64,000 nt of DNA from Eledone cirrhosa (lineage: Eukaryota): the NCBI GenBank assembly GCA_964016885.1, contig CAXHJY010001158.1, positions 109,769-173,768 on the forward strand. The letters are read 5' to 3'. The position numbers and the translations under genes are program-made. A model generated the notes under the pieces. The model saw only the letters and a list, made by a program, of their open reading frames with translations, made no database searches and was not told the origin of the DNA. Positions 1-11,985 of the stretch are shown here, in pieces (within the stretch, counting starts at the first letter, position 1; each line of letters opens with the position of its first letter).

Positions 1-153
1 TTCGCAAGGCCCTTGTCTATGTGTGGTGTGATTTTCATAAAGAAATTCCGAAAAACCCAGTTTTAAATCTGATTTCGCCAAAGAATTTTGGCTATCAGAT
101 CGGGTTGAAAGGTATGGTTTCAGGTCGATCTGAAAGTCTAAAATGGAATTCAC
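1..153 (+). repeat. Truncated piece of the palindromic satellite
   Basis: Matches 28155-28307 up to AAATGGAATTCAC, then switches to unrelated sequence. Confidence 0.9.
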
Positions 154-852
154 ACATTTTTAGTTATACTTTGAAGCACATTTTTTTTGTTACTATTATA
201 TTAAAAGTTATCTGGTTACGTTATTTGACTGGTATTTCTAGCATTTTACAAGGACCACGTGTGTGTTTTATTTAAGGAAGATCTAGTTGTTATTTCTGAT
301 ATTTTCTTCATCAAGTTAGTTGCTATTTCCTGCATCCTCTTGAAGACAAGAAATAATAATGAATTAGCTGCTGTTTCTAGTAGGTTCTATGGTAGTGATG
401 AGCGTGGGAGGGAGGTTTGACTGCTATTTTTAGCAGGTTCTAAGGCATTGAGGTTTATGTTTTACGAGAGATTTGGCTGTTATTTCTAACATGTTATAAT
501 GGAGAGAGAGAGAGAGTATAAGATATACAGAGAGAGGGAGTATAAGATATAGAGAGAGGGGAAACGGCCGATGTTTACGTTGAGAAAACCTAATAAAATG
601 TTATAAATGGGTTTATAAAGAATAGAATGAGATAAACAAGACAAAGTTAGATAAAATAAATCAGCTGTAAGGATATTATACGATATATTTATAATATTTT
701 AATATATTTTTCCTGGTCGTCTGCTGCCATTGATAGAGAGAGGAGTGGTGGGAGGTAGCCATAACAACCGTGGTAGCAGCACTGAGGTTTGTTTTTAAAG
801 AAGTGAATACAAGAAAAACAAGCAACTAAGAATATTAATCTCTTAAACCCTT

Positions 853-1453
853 CAAGATGTGTATGACAAGAAAGAAGACGTTTTAGAGTCGTATGACATA
901 GATGATAACTGGAAATTCTTACGTGACAACTTACTGCAGGCTACTGAAGAAACTTGTGGCTGGAGCAGAGCTCCGACCAGACAGAGAGTGACCTGGTGGT
1001 GGGACAACACGGTAGATAAGGCCATTAGAGACAAAAGACTAGCATGGAACACTTGAAAAAATGGTGGGAGTAGAGACCGATACACAGCTGCTAAGAGAGA
1101 AGCTAGACGTCAGATGTACTTAGCACGCACGGAGGCTGAGAGTAGGAGGTTTGCCAATGTTCTGTGATGGGAAGATCAGAGGCGTGCGGTGTTCCACATT
1201 GCAAGGCATGGTGTCAGTGTAAATCAGGATGTTGTTGGAGATAAGTGTATCCGGAATGATGCCAGTGTACTTGGTGTCACGAATGATCAAAAAAAGGAGG
1301 CCTGGAAATATCATTATGAGAGGCTGATGAATTGTGGAGAATGAATGGGAGAGAGGGAAACTATCCCCAGTAGACTCAACAGAGGGACCAGCTATTGAGA
1401 TTGGGGAATATAGGGTACAAGAGGCAATTAAGGAAATGAAGAATGGCAAGGCT
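853..1453 (+). mobile_element. Decayed RTE-type LINE fragment (linker between endonuclease and RT)
   Basis: Peptides WKFLRDNLLQATEETCGW...TWWWD and EAIKEMKNGKA, broken by stops and frameshifts. Homologous in reverse orientation to 8790-9070. Confidence 0.7.
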
Positions 1454-1461
1454 ACATTTAA

Positions 1462-1682
1462 CCCTTTAGCATTTAAACCAGCCATACCTAGCCAGAATAC
1501 TCTCACATCTTTCTGTTCAAACCAGCCATAACTGGCCACTCATACTGACGTTAAGGTATTGTTCTCAATATAAATAATATCAAAATCTCATAGATTCGAT
1601 ATTATATGAGATAATTATGTAAGATAAAGCCTTTACCACAAAAATACAATAGTATATATAGAGTAATAAAAATGCTAAAGGG
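1462..1682. mobile_element. piggyBac-like MITE (copy 2 at ~31666-31886)
   Basis: TTAA followed by CCCTTTAGCATTT ... AAATGCTAAAGGG terminal inverted repeats; the right target site is degenerate (TAAA). Confidence 0.65.
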
Positions 1683-1984
1683 TAAAAGTAGCTTATTATT
1701 TTGTGAGCTCTTGCTACTTATTGCTCTTGTGCATCAAGAACATACACAGCTTACATTTTGTTGCTAATCTCACTGAGATCCAACTACATCTCTTGTTTAT
1801 CCATAGTTTGGAATTTCTACCTACTCCTTTCCTTTAGAATGATCAAGGCCATTTTCTTGTGGGGATCTAGGCCCTGTTTTCCTTTCTATTTTGCCAAGTT
1901 ATCTTACATCACTTTCATTCTAGACCATGCTTCCAGGTTTGGAATTTCTCCTCTAATTTTACCACAGATTAAGTGACAAGGGTT

Positions 1985-3640
1985 CAATCATGTGCATACA
2001 GGAGTTCCCATGGACAGCCAGTAATATGTAATAGCCTGCAGGATGATAATAAACAGAAGAGGGTTAATTACAGAGCCCTGATAGAGGGTTAATAACAGAG
2101 CCCTGATAGACTTGTTCACTCAACTCCTCACTATAGCCATCATTACTTTTAACCTTACTGACTGCTCCTCCATACATGGCTTTTACTGCTCTCACAAGCC
2201 ACTCATATACCCCTAGTTTTCTAAGTTATACACCAGATTAGGGAAGGGGGAAGTCTCACAGAAGCTCTCTCTGGGTCAACAAATGCCAAGTAGAGGGGCT
2301 TATTTTAGCTAGGTACTACTCTTGCAGTTGCCACACAAGGAAGAGGACATCAGTGGTACTTTTACCTGGCACAAATCCAAACTTCATCTCATCTAGGTTA
2401 ACTTGGTCCCTAATCAGCTGTGTTATAAATCTAACACCTTCATGAAGTGGTCCATCTAATATCTCTATAGTTTTCTAGCTCTAGTACATCTCCTTTGCCC
2501 TTGTAGCAGTTGATGATGATGATACTACACCATTTATTTGGTATGACACCATTTTGTATTACATGCTGTACGATACCAGTGGTTAAGATGTGACCCACCA
2601 TCCCAGATACTTTCAGTATCTCAGCAACTATCACCAATGGACAAGATACTTTCTCTGTCTTCATATCCTTAATTACCTTACTTCATATCCTTAATTACCT
2701 TACTGCTTACTTGTATGGCTGGACCCTCTGTTGGGCCCACTTTCCGTAGACTATCTTCCTCCCATGCATTCTCCTCATTCAGTAATCTTTCATAAAGGCA
2801 TTTCCATGTTACAAAGGTTGGCTGAAAAGTTCATAGACTATCAATGATAGCATGATGCTAGGCTGTGAAATCTTGCCTGCATTAATTTCAACTCTTCTTA
2901 TTAATAACTGCATTGTTTCCTTCCAGGGACTATGTTGAAAAATAAACCTCATTTGGTCATTCCATGAGTGTATCTTGGTCTGCCTATGAACTTTTCAGCT
3001 GACCCTATTCAGCATCAGTGAGCCCAAATGCCCCATTATCATCCTGGACACACTTTACCCCAACATCACAATTTGCCCTCACACACTGCCTCACAATCCT
3101 GAACATCTCATGTATTTCATCCTCACATCATAAAACCAACTGAAATTATATATTCTCTGCTTCCCTCCTTGCAAAGAATACTTCTTGCCTAGCTTCCTGT
3201 AGTGTACCCTCCAGCTGCCTCCATTCTGCCATTATTCCATGCCTGTCTCTTGGCCTTAACTGTCTCATCTACCCTAGTGTTTCACCACCAAGATACTCTC
3301 CTCTCTGAAGCCCTGCTCCAGCCACAGATCTAGTTTGACACCTTCAGCAAAGGTTCTTTAAGGAACTCCCACTGTTCCCCTATATTGTATGTTTCTATTT
3401 GTTCTTCCTTACTGTTGTAAAGATCAAACAAAATATCTCTAAATTTGGAACTGGCTGAGGGGTCCTTTAACTTCCATATCCTTCTCCTCCAAGTTGCCCT
3501 CAGTCTTCAAGTTCATCTAAGTCTATGAAATCACTAACTACTGGGTTATGTTGGGAGGTGCATTCTTCCCCAGGGGGTGGGGATTGTGTGTTTACAAATG
3601 TCAATATCTCATCTTCTGGTGAGGATAAAAATCTGACTGG
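1985..3640 (-). mobile_element. Decayed RTE-type LINE (endonuclease to RT), interrupted by a MITE (copy 2 at ~32190-33845)
   Basis: Minus-strand peptides such as IPNKWCSIIIINCYKGKGDVLELENYRDI, typical of the RTE RT N-terminus; many disruptions. Confidence 0.65.
2810..3008. mobile_element. Tc1/mariner-type MITE nested in the RTE fragment (copy 2 at ~33013-33213)
   Basis: Inverted repeats GGTTGGCTGAAAAGTTCATAG ... CTATGAACTTTTCAGCTGACC about 200 bp apart, starting at TA. Confidence 0.65.
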
Positions 3641-3720
3641 CATGCTCCTCTGACCAATAGGTGTTGAAGTGGTTGTCGGGTAAACGTTAAGACCCTCTGA
3701 TATACATATATATATATATA

Positions 3721-3775
3721 CTAGCAGTGGTACCCGGCGTTGCACGGGATAACGTATTTCGGAACGCGGGCCGCC
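3721..3775 (-). mobile_element. Helitron-like 3' terminus (hairpin + CTAG) (copy 2 at 33926-33980)
   Basis: Minus strand reads CCCGTGCAACGCCGGG (hairpin), TACCACTG, CTAG, then a (TA)n tract. This fits the canonical Helitron 3' end. Confidence 0.65.
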
Positions 3776-4229
3776 ATCTTCCACTTCAGCCGGTCGCCCT
3801 AAAGTGTTGGCTATTCAGTCTACTTGAGGCCAGTTGGTGAGGGGGGGTAAAGCTTTCAGTGTGCTACTACCCTCACGGTCAAATAGAAAGGGAGAGGAAG
3901 AAAAGTCAGCGTTAATATCGTGCTACACGTTTGAAAGGTTGGATGACCTTAGAGTTCACCAGGGTGGGGGGTTCTAAAAGTATCTATCTTGGTATTTTAT
4001 CTTAGAAGTAATCATTACAGAGTGTACTGGGTGTATTTTAGTGGGCAGTAATTCCATAAAGAACACAGTATAATCTGTGGACACAAGCCTTGCAGTGTGA
4101 TTACAGGCAGGTTAATGGGAAAGATAGATTATATATGTGACATGATGTACATGAGAAGTGAGGACACAGACCACACATGAAATAGATTCCTACAACTGTC
4201 AGGGAGGCTCCCTAGAATTACAGATGACA

Positions 4230-4810
4230 TATTTCAATATCTCGGTGATCAAGTTAGCAGTGGAGGAAGAATCTCTAAAAGTGTAATACCCAGGATAAGG
4301 ACAGGCTGGAAGAAGTTTAGAGTACTGTTCCATCTGTTGACAACAAAGGGCTTCTCTCTCAGAATGGAGGCTAGACTGCTTGATACTTATGTGTGGTCTG
4401 CAATCTACACCCCAGCCATGCCCCTTCCACTACCACTCCTTAGCTATTTCTCTCCATTAATACTCCTCACATTTCAAGCAGTTTTCTCATCTCAATGAAA
4501 GAAAAATATTGGGCTCAAGAGAAGTCTTCAGTTATGCCATGGTGTGGCAACCTCCCTAGGGTTGGGCAGAGTGTAAATGAGAGTGAAATTAGGTATGAGA
4601 GGGATCATATGCAGTATACAAGAGAGTAGATTACATTGGTATGGTCATGTGATGGGTATAAAGGATGACAGCTGTATAAAAATGTGCTGGGCAATCAAAG
4701 TTGATGGAAGTTATGAAGGCGGAAGACCCAGGATGACCTGGGATGAGGTGATAAAAGATGACTTTGCACAATTGCAACTCTCAAAGACAATGACACAGGA
4801 TAGAGATCTT
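4230..4810 (+). mobile_element. Decayed RTE LINE C-terminal region (copy 2 at ~34435-35015)
   Basis: RLHWYGHV...GGRPRMTWDEVIKDD, the RTE ORF C-terminal motif. Confidence 0.7.
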
Positions 4811-4944
4811 GAGATGTATGCAGCAATACAGAAGGCCTGCTTTCCAATGTGCACGGACTCAAACATACATCTAGTAGGCCCCTCCTAACCACTATACTCC
4901 TTTCCAAACTCCCACACTCCCACTTCTGTACACACCACCTTTAG

Positions 4945-5700
4945 ACTGTAAAGTGGTAGTGTACAAGTCACAACAAAAGCACCCAGTCCACTCTGTAAAG
5001 TTGATGTGTTGGTGTCATAACAAAAGGCACTCAGTCCACTCTGTAAAGAGGTTGTGTAAGTGTCACAACAAAGACATCTAGTCCACACTGTAAAGTGGTC
5101 ATGTAGGTGTCACAACAAAAAGTACCAGTCATTATTGTAAAGTGGTTGTATAGGTGTCATAACAAAAAGCACCCAGTCGACACTGTAAAGTGGTTGTGTA
5201 GGTGTCATAACAAAAAGCACCCAGTCGACACTGTAAAGTGGTTGTGTAGGTGTCAGAACCAAAAGCACCCAGTCCACACTGTAAAGTGGTTGTGTAGGTG
5301 TCATGACAAAAAGCACCTAGTCCACACTGTAAAGTGGTCATGCAGGTGTCATGACAAAAAGCACCCAGTCCTCACTGTAAAGTGGTCATGTAGGTGTCAT
5401 GTCAAAAAGCACCCAGTCCACCCTGTAAAGTGGTTGTGTAGGTGTCATGATAAAAAGCACCCAGTCCACACAGTAAAGTGGTCATGTAGGTGTCACTAAA
5501 AAAGCACCCAGTCTACTCTGTAAAGTGGTCATGTAGGTGTCATGACAAATAGCACCCAGTCCACCCTGTAAAGTGTTCATGTAGGTGTCATGATGGAGAG
5601 TAACCAGTCCACAATGTAAAGTAGCCATGTAGCTGTCACAACAAAGCACCCAGTCCACACTGTAAAGTGGTCATGTAGGTGTCATTTCAAAAAGCACCCA
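4945..5700 (+). repeat. 48-bp minisatellite, ~15 copies (copy 2 at ~35150-35857 has one unit fewer)
   Basis: Unit AAAAAGCACCCAGTCCACACTGTAAAGTGGTTGTGTAGGTGTCATGAC. The overlying ORF is 130 aa in copy 1 and 114 aa in copy 2, a difference of 48 bp. Confidence 0.9.
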
Positions 5701-5744
5701 GGTCCATGGCTTGGCCTGCTAACCGACGCTATACCCAAGTCGGT

Positions 5745-5925
5745 CGCCATGCTTTCCAGCATAGAGTTACGTCTCTTTATGGTCTGAGTTCAAATCACGC
5801 CGAGGTTAACTTTGCCTTTCATCCTTACGGGGTCGATAAAATAAAGCACCAGTAATGTACTGGGGTCGATTTAATCGACTTTCCCCTCCTCTGCCAAATG
5901 ACACACACATGCATGGTTCGGGGGA
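5745..5925 (+). mobile_element. tRNA-derived SINE (copy 2 at ~35902-36082)
   Basis: B-box-like GAGTTCAAATC followed by AACTTTGCCTTTCATCC...GGGGTCGATAAAATA...ACCAGT...TGGGGTCGATTTAATCGACT. Related pieces lie at ~13700-13830, 17100-17270, 26290-26352 (-), 26578-26635 and 31500-31580 (-). Confidence 0.75.
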
Positions 5926-5931
5926 ACCTAC

Positions 5932-5979
<48 letters not shown>

Positions 5980-6858
5980 GTAGGTCACTGGTTGAGTCGG
6001 TATTAACCACAGTAACTAAGGTACTCAATACATATTAGATATAGGTGTCTTTCTAATTGCTGGCCTTGTTCATAAGGTATACACAAGTATGATGTGTGTC
6101 TGTTTAACTGTACGTGTGAAAACATCGCGAAATTGCGCCTTTTAATATTTGAATATAAACAGTTAAAAAATAATTATTTTAGTAATTTTTAAATATCGAT
6201 AATGTGTATATAAATATTAGAAATCAATTTAATTAGTTCAGTAACATTACTCGGAGTTAAGATAAACCTTCATTTGAAGAAATTCGAGATTTGACCAAAT
6301 AAATAGATTATGTGATCAATAAAAAAAATATGTATACGCGCTTGAACGACGGGTTGCAGACAGTCAGGCATACAGACACATATTTTAAAGCGTGCGACGT
6401 TAAAAGTGTTACTCTCTCTCTTTTTAGATAGATAGACTTAATTAAAGCAGTTTCACTCTCTCTATATTTCATCAGCTCTCTCTCTCTTAAATTGAAAGAT
6501 TCATTAAGGCTGAAATAATCTAAACAGTAACATCATTTTTCGCCAGCTCTAGCTTGCGTCCAGAGATATACACACACATATATATATATTTTTTTTGTTA
6601 TCGAGTTGAGCTTTGCCAAGCATAGAATTCCAAATTTGACCATCTCCACTGAAAATGTTCGTGAAATAGTCTTTAAGAAGCAATTTAATTTTTTCCAACT
6701 GAAACTGTAAGTATTTTAAAATTTATTTCAACATGGTCTTAAAAGATTGTTGGCTTTTTTTAAATTCATAACTATTTACTATGAAATATAAATTATTAAA
6801 TCCAATTTATTTGATAACCATGATTTGATTTTATAATTACCTGAATCACGTTAACATG

Positions 6859-6899
<41 letters not shown>

Positions 6900-7157
6900 G
6901 TGTGTGTATATATATATATATATAATAATTGTTTCTACGTTACGCAGTGTATTACTGGTACTGTATTTTACGATATTAAATATTAAATATTAACTATTAG
7001 ATATTAAATATTAAATATTAGATATTAGATATTAAATATTAAATATTAAATATGATATCCCTGAAATATATATAATGAAATAAATATGGTTTTATAAATG
7101 TAATTTCCATTTGTTTAATATCAAATATATATATATATATATATGTATTTATGTATA

Positions 7158-7195
<38 letters not shown>

Positions 7196-7420
7196 GCAGA
7201 CACAGACACAGAATATCGTATATATCACACACACACAATTAAGACTTGACGTGTTGCAGACAGCCAGACATACAGAGAGATATTTTAAAGCGTGCGACCT
7301 TAAATGCCTTACTCTTTCTCTTATCAAAAGAGAAAGAGTAATGCTAACACTTACGTCTACTTCACGCTCTCTTGAACCGTTACAGAAATTGCATCACATC
7401 TAATTATAACTTTGTACGTT

Positions 7421-7501
<81 letters not shown>

Positions 7502-7507
7502 GCACAC

Positions 7508-7538
<31 letters not shown>

Positions 7539-7541
7539 CAC

Positions 7542-7601
<60 letters not shown>

Positions 7602-7668
7602 GTGTGTGTGTGTATATATATACACACACACGTGTATATATATATATATATATACACACACACGTGTG

Positions 7669-7701
<33 letters not shown>

Positions 7702-7723
7702 GTGTGTGTATATATATATATAT
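7421..7723. repeat. Compound (TA)n(CA)nCG(TG)n microsatellite; the empty site of the LINE seen in copy 2
   Basis: Read directly. The corresponding tract in copy 2 is 37649-38292 plus 41419-41663. Confidence 0.9.
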
Positions 7724-7724
7724 C

Positions 7725-8062
7725 TGTCTCTCTCCCTGTCTCTCACTCTGCCTCTATCCCCCCTCTCTCTCTCTGTCTCTCCCCCCCCCTCTCTCTCTCT
7801 CTAGTAGTAGAGAGAGAGAGAGATATAAACGTATAACCCTAAACCTAACCCATCTCTCTCACTCTCTCTCTCCCCCTCTCTCTCTCTTCTCTCTCTCACT
7901 CTCCCTCTACCCCTCCCTCTCTCTATTTCTCTCTCTCTCCAGTAGTAGAGAGAGACAAAGAGAGAGAGAGATATAAACGTATAACCCTAACCAAACCCTA
8001 ACCCAACTCTAACCCAACCCTAACCCTAACCCCAACCCTAACTCTAACCTAACCCTAACCCA

Positions 8063-8093
<31 letters not shown>

Positions 8094-8410
8094 ACCCCCT
8101 CTCTCTCTCTCTAGTAGTAGAGAGAGAGACAAAGAGAGAGAGAGAGATATAAACGTATAACCCTAACCCATCTCTCTCTCTCTATTTCTCCCCCCCTCTC
8201 TCTCTCTCTAGTAGTAGAGAGAGAGAGAGATATAAACGTATAACCCTAACCCAACCCTAACCTCTCTCTCTCCCCCCTCTCTCTCTCTATTCCCCCCCTC
8301 TCTCTCTCTCTCTAGTAGTAGAGAGAGAGACAGAGAGAGAGAGAGAGATAGATATAAACGTATAACCCTAACCCAACCCTAACCCATCTCTCTCTCTCTC
8401 TCTCTCTCTC
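7725..8410. repeat. Composite repeat of (CT)n-TAGTAGTA-(GA)n-TATAAACGTATA-(ACCCTA)n modules (shorter in copy 2, ~41665-42135)
   Basis: The module recurs about 5 times and includes telomere-like CCCTAA variants. Confidence 0.85.
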
Positions 8411-8549
8411 TTTGTTTTTAACATTGTTTTGTTTTTCTTTTCTTTTCTTATTCAGATGACAAACGGCAGAGGATACAACAGAAGAAAAGAACAAAGATAA
8501 TTATTATTATTATTACTATTATTATTTGTTTTATTATAATCAAAATATG

Positions 8550-9130
8550 CTGTTAGTTAGATCTGCATTGCGTACATTTTATATAATTTATGCCAGTTCC
8601 TTTTCTGCATATCGAACATGGCCATTTCCCTGACGGAATAGAGTTTTGTCCTCTTTCGTGACACAAAGTACAGCCAGCGGCATCATTGCGGACAGACTTA
8701 ATCCCGAATTGCACTGACACACTGCCTCGCAATACGGAACACCGCACGTCTTTGATCTTCTTCCCGTCGATCAGCCTCCTTGCCATGCTAAGTACACCTG
8801 ACGTCTAGCTTCTCTCTTAGCGGCGGCTTTATATTCTTCTCTACTCCCACTAATTTTCCAAGCATTCCATGCTAGCCTTTAGTCTCCAATGGCCCGATCT
8901 ACCGTGCTGTCCCACCACCATGTCACTCTCTGTCTGGTTGGAACTCTGATCCAGCCACAAGTTTAATCAGTAGCCTGCAATAAGTTGTCACATAAGAAAA
9001 TCGAGTTCTCATGTATGTCATACGACTGTGAATCGTCTTCTTTTTCGTCATACACATATTGAAGGGCTTTCCTAAATTTCTATTTTAGTGAAATCTCTTT
9101 TAGCTTCCAGACCTTTCTTTTTTCCACATC
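8550..9130 (-). mobile_element. Rearranged RTE LINE fragments (copy 2 at ~42275-42855)
   Basis: Peptide SGKWPCSICRKGTGINYIKCTQC; reverse-complement similarity to 853-1120 and 16490-16570. Confidence 0.65.
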
Positions 9131-10138
9131 TTCCTGTATGTCTCAATCATACCTGGAGCTGTCCAACATGACCATTGAAATCCCCTGCTAGCATAACGAT
9201 GTCTCCGTCCTGTCATTGTGGCTGTTTGTAAAAATTGCTTGTAAATGAAGTCTTTCTTTTCTTTACCTAGCAGAAGCAATTAACACTAACCCAACTGTAA
9301 CACTAACCCTAACACTAACTTATGCAGGCCTAGGTAAAGACAAGAAAGATAAAACAAGGAGTGATGCTTCTTGAATTTTGTGATGCAAGTGTTTTAACCA
9401 TTTGCAAAACCAACTTCCACAAACCTGCCTCACTGCCGCCTAATAACCTACAAATCAGGCAAGCACAGAAGCCGGATTTCTCGGTAGTTAGGCAGCGAGA
9501 CAGACAGATGGGGTGTGAAGTACCAGGGTGTGCCCCGGGGAGGAATGTTTCCCACAGCGTGGGTTGGTTGTTGGTGATGTCTCGGTTATCTTGAGACGGA
9601 GTGAGACGTGCAGGAATACTCTCACGGAATCGCCAAATGAGGTTTATTTTTCAACATAGTCCCTGGAATGAAACAATGTGGTTATTAAGAAGAATTGAAA
9701 TTAATGTAAGATTTCACAGATCTATGATCAATCCTTCACAGTCAGCTTACAAAGTTTTCAGCCAAACCTTGTGTATTTCCAACATTTCAAACCCTATCTA
9801 GGACTACATTATCTAATGTACAGTACAGTAGTTAGTATTAGTGGCTATCAGACATAGTGTATCTAAATGCAACATTTTTAACATTGTTTTTTTTTTCTTT
9901 TCTTTTCTTTTCTTATTCAGATGACAGACGGCAGAGGATACAATAGAAGAAAAGAACAATGATAATTATTATTATTATTATTGTTGTTATTCCTTGAATC
10001 TCAGTCATTGATGTTGGTTAACTGGAAAGTCCGTTGGAATGAATATCAAGCCACTACCTGCAGCCTCAGATATTCAGGACGTATCGGAGGGTTCTTGCTG
10101 TTCCAAGCAAGCATGCCTTTTGAAGCGTTCCAAAAAGC

Positions 10139-10385
10139 GTGAAGGGGCCGATTTTCTTTAACCATCCCTGGAAACTTTTGGAGATGGACAAAAAACTGGA
10201 ACACAATAGACCTGACCTGGTGGTTGTGGACAAAGAAAAAAGATCGTGTCTGATTGTGGATGTGGCCTGCCCGTTCAACACGAGAGTGCAAGAGAAGGAG
10301 AGGGAGAAAATTAACCGATACCAGGACCTAAAGTGGGAGGTGAAAAGGATTTGGAACTTCCATGAAGTCAAAGTGATCCCGATTG

Positions 10386-10387
<2 letters not shown>
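10139..10387 (+). mobile_element. Restriction-like endonuclease (RLE) fragment of an R4/Dong/NeSL-type non-LTR retrotransposon
   Basis: HNRPDLVVVDKEKRSCLIVDVACP...EKINRYQDLKWEVKRIW...VIPI matches the PD-x-D..K..Y RLE motif; flanked by (TTA)n tracts. Confidence 0.75.
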
Positions 10388-10429
<42 letters not shown>

Positions 10430-11027
10430 TATTATTTGTTTTATTATAATCAAAATATGCTGTTAGTTAGATCTGCATTGTGTACATTTTATATAATTTA
10501 TGCCAGTTCCTTTTCTACATATCGAACATGGCCATTTCCCTGACGGAATAGAGTTTTGTCCTCTTTTCTACTCATCAACACTCATTCGTGACACAAAGTA
10601 CAGCCAGCGGCATCATTGCGGACAGACTTAATCCTGATTTGCACTGACACACTGCCTCGCAATACGGAACACCGCACGTCTTTGATCTTCTTCCCGTCGA
10701 TCAGCCTCCTTGCCATGCAAAGTACACCTGACGTCTAGCTTCTCTCTTAGCGGCGGCGGCTGTATATTCTTCTCTACTCCCACTAATTTTCCAAGCATTC
10801 CATGCTAGTCTTTAGTCTCCAATGGCCCGATCTACAGTTTCTGTCTCAACTCGTCTATGCTTGGTCGTTCCCGCACATTGACATTGCACATCCAACGGAG
10901 CATGCTTGCTTCATTTCTCTCCAGCCGTCGCATGTCCTCTGCAGTTGCTGCCCGTGTCTCACTACCATGCAGCATCGCGCATCTAAACCTGGCCCTTACC
11001 CTAACCCCAACCTCTTTGGTTTTCGTT

Positions 11028-11863
11028 TTCTCGACGGCTAGCCGCATTTCGTGATCCGCCTTTCGATTGCGCTTCCGTCGCGGCAAAAGAATTGCCTTTC
11101 CAGACCGCCGTCGCCCGACCGGACCCATGATAGAAGACGTTCGTTACCGTTGGAGCAACGCAAATTACTCCTCGGTTGACGCCAAAAACGAACGCCTTCC
11201 CGCCTCGCGCCGCCTTCTCCTCGCCGACCCTCGGCCTCGACGATTAGCCACTTTCCGTCACAGCAGTAGATACGCGTCCGTCGTAATAGCCGTCATTTTA
11301 ACGCAGGAGAAACGCCTAATTGCCCTGCACCGCGTTTGACGGCGATCTACGACGGCGACGATGCGCGCACTCTTCCTTGCTGCGACGAAGGTTTCGGCTT
11401 TTCGTCGTGGACCCGGTCAGGTCATGCCGCTGACCTCGCGTTACGGCGACGCGAGAAGACGTTCGTTACCGCTGGAGCAACGCAAATTACTCCTCGGTTG
11501 ACGCCAAAAACGAACGCCTCGCGCCGCCGCTTCCTCCTCGGCCTCGACGATTAGCCGCTTTCCGTCACAGCAGTAGATACGCGTCCATCGTAATAGCCGT
11601 CATTTTAACGCAGGAGAAACGCCTTGACGACGATATACGACGGGTCGACGACGCGCGCACTCTTTCTGCTGCGACGAAGGTTTTGGCTTTTCGTTGTGGA
11701 CCCGGTCGGGTCATGCCTCTGACCTCGCGTTGCGTCGCCACCGCCGCGGCGGGCTTGGGTTTAGCCGTAGCTACCCTCGTTTTGCCAACGGCGACGCGAG
11801 AAGACGTTCGTTACCGCTGGAGCAACGCAAATTACTCCTCGGATGAGGCCAAAAACGAACGCT
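11028..11863 (+). repeat. Diverged paralog of the rDNA-like spacer repeat and ETS-like leader (copy 2 at ~44749-45584)
   Basis: Shares GAAGACGTTCGTTACCGCTGGAGCAACGCAAATTACTCCTCGG (3 copies) and the leader blocks with 18027-18930; no rRNA sequence follows. Confidence 0.85.
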
Positions 11864-11941
11864 GAAGAGATATTGTCCATGGATATCGGGAATTTTACCC
11901 GCCCTAGATAGATAGATAGATAGGGATGTATGTATGTATGT

Positions 11942-11985
<44 letters not shown>

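Noticed and set aside
5107-5499. Cys/His-rich 16-aa repeat ORF resembling a metal-binding protein
   Set aside because: Translation of a 48-bp minisatellite. The frame closes within the array, and the unit resembles a dispersed repeat motif seen at 4015-4040 and 16830-16970.
7121-7976. YI/HT/CV-rich ORFs (also 37207-38387 and 41295-41787)
   Set aside because: Dinucleotide microsatellite translations.
7980-8385. True telomere or chromosome fusion site
   Set aside because: The CCCTAA tracts are short, degenerate and embedded in CT/GA modules, with no head-to-head TTAGGG/CCCTAA junction.
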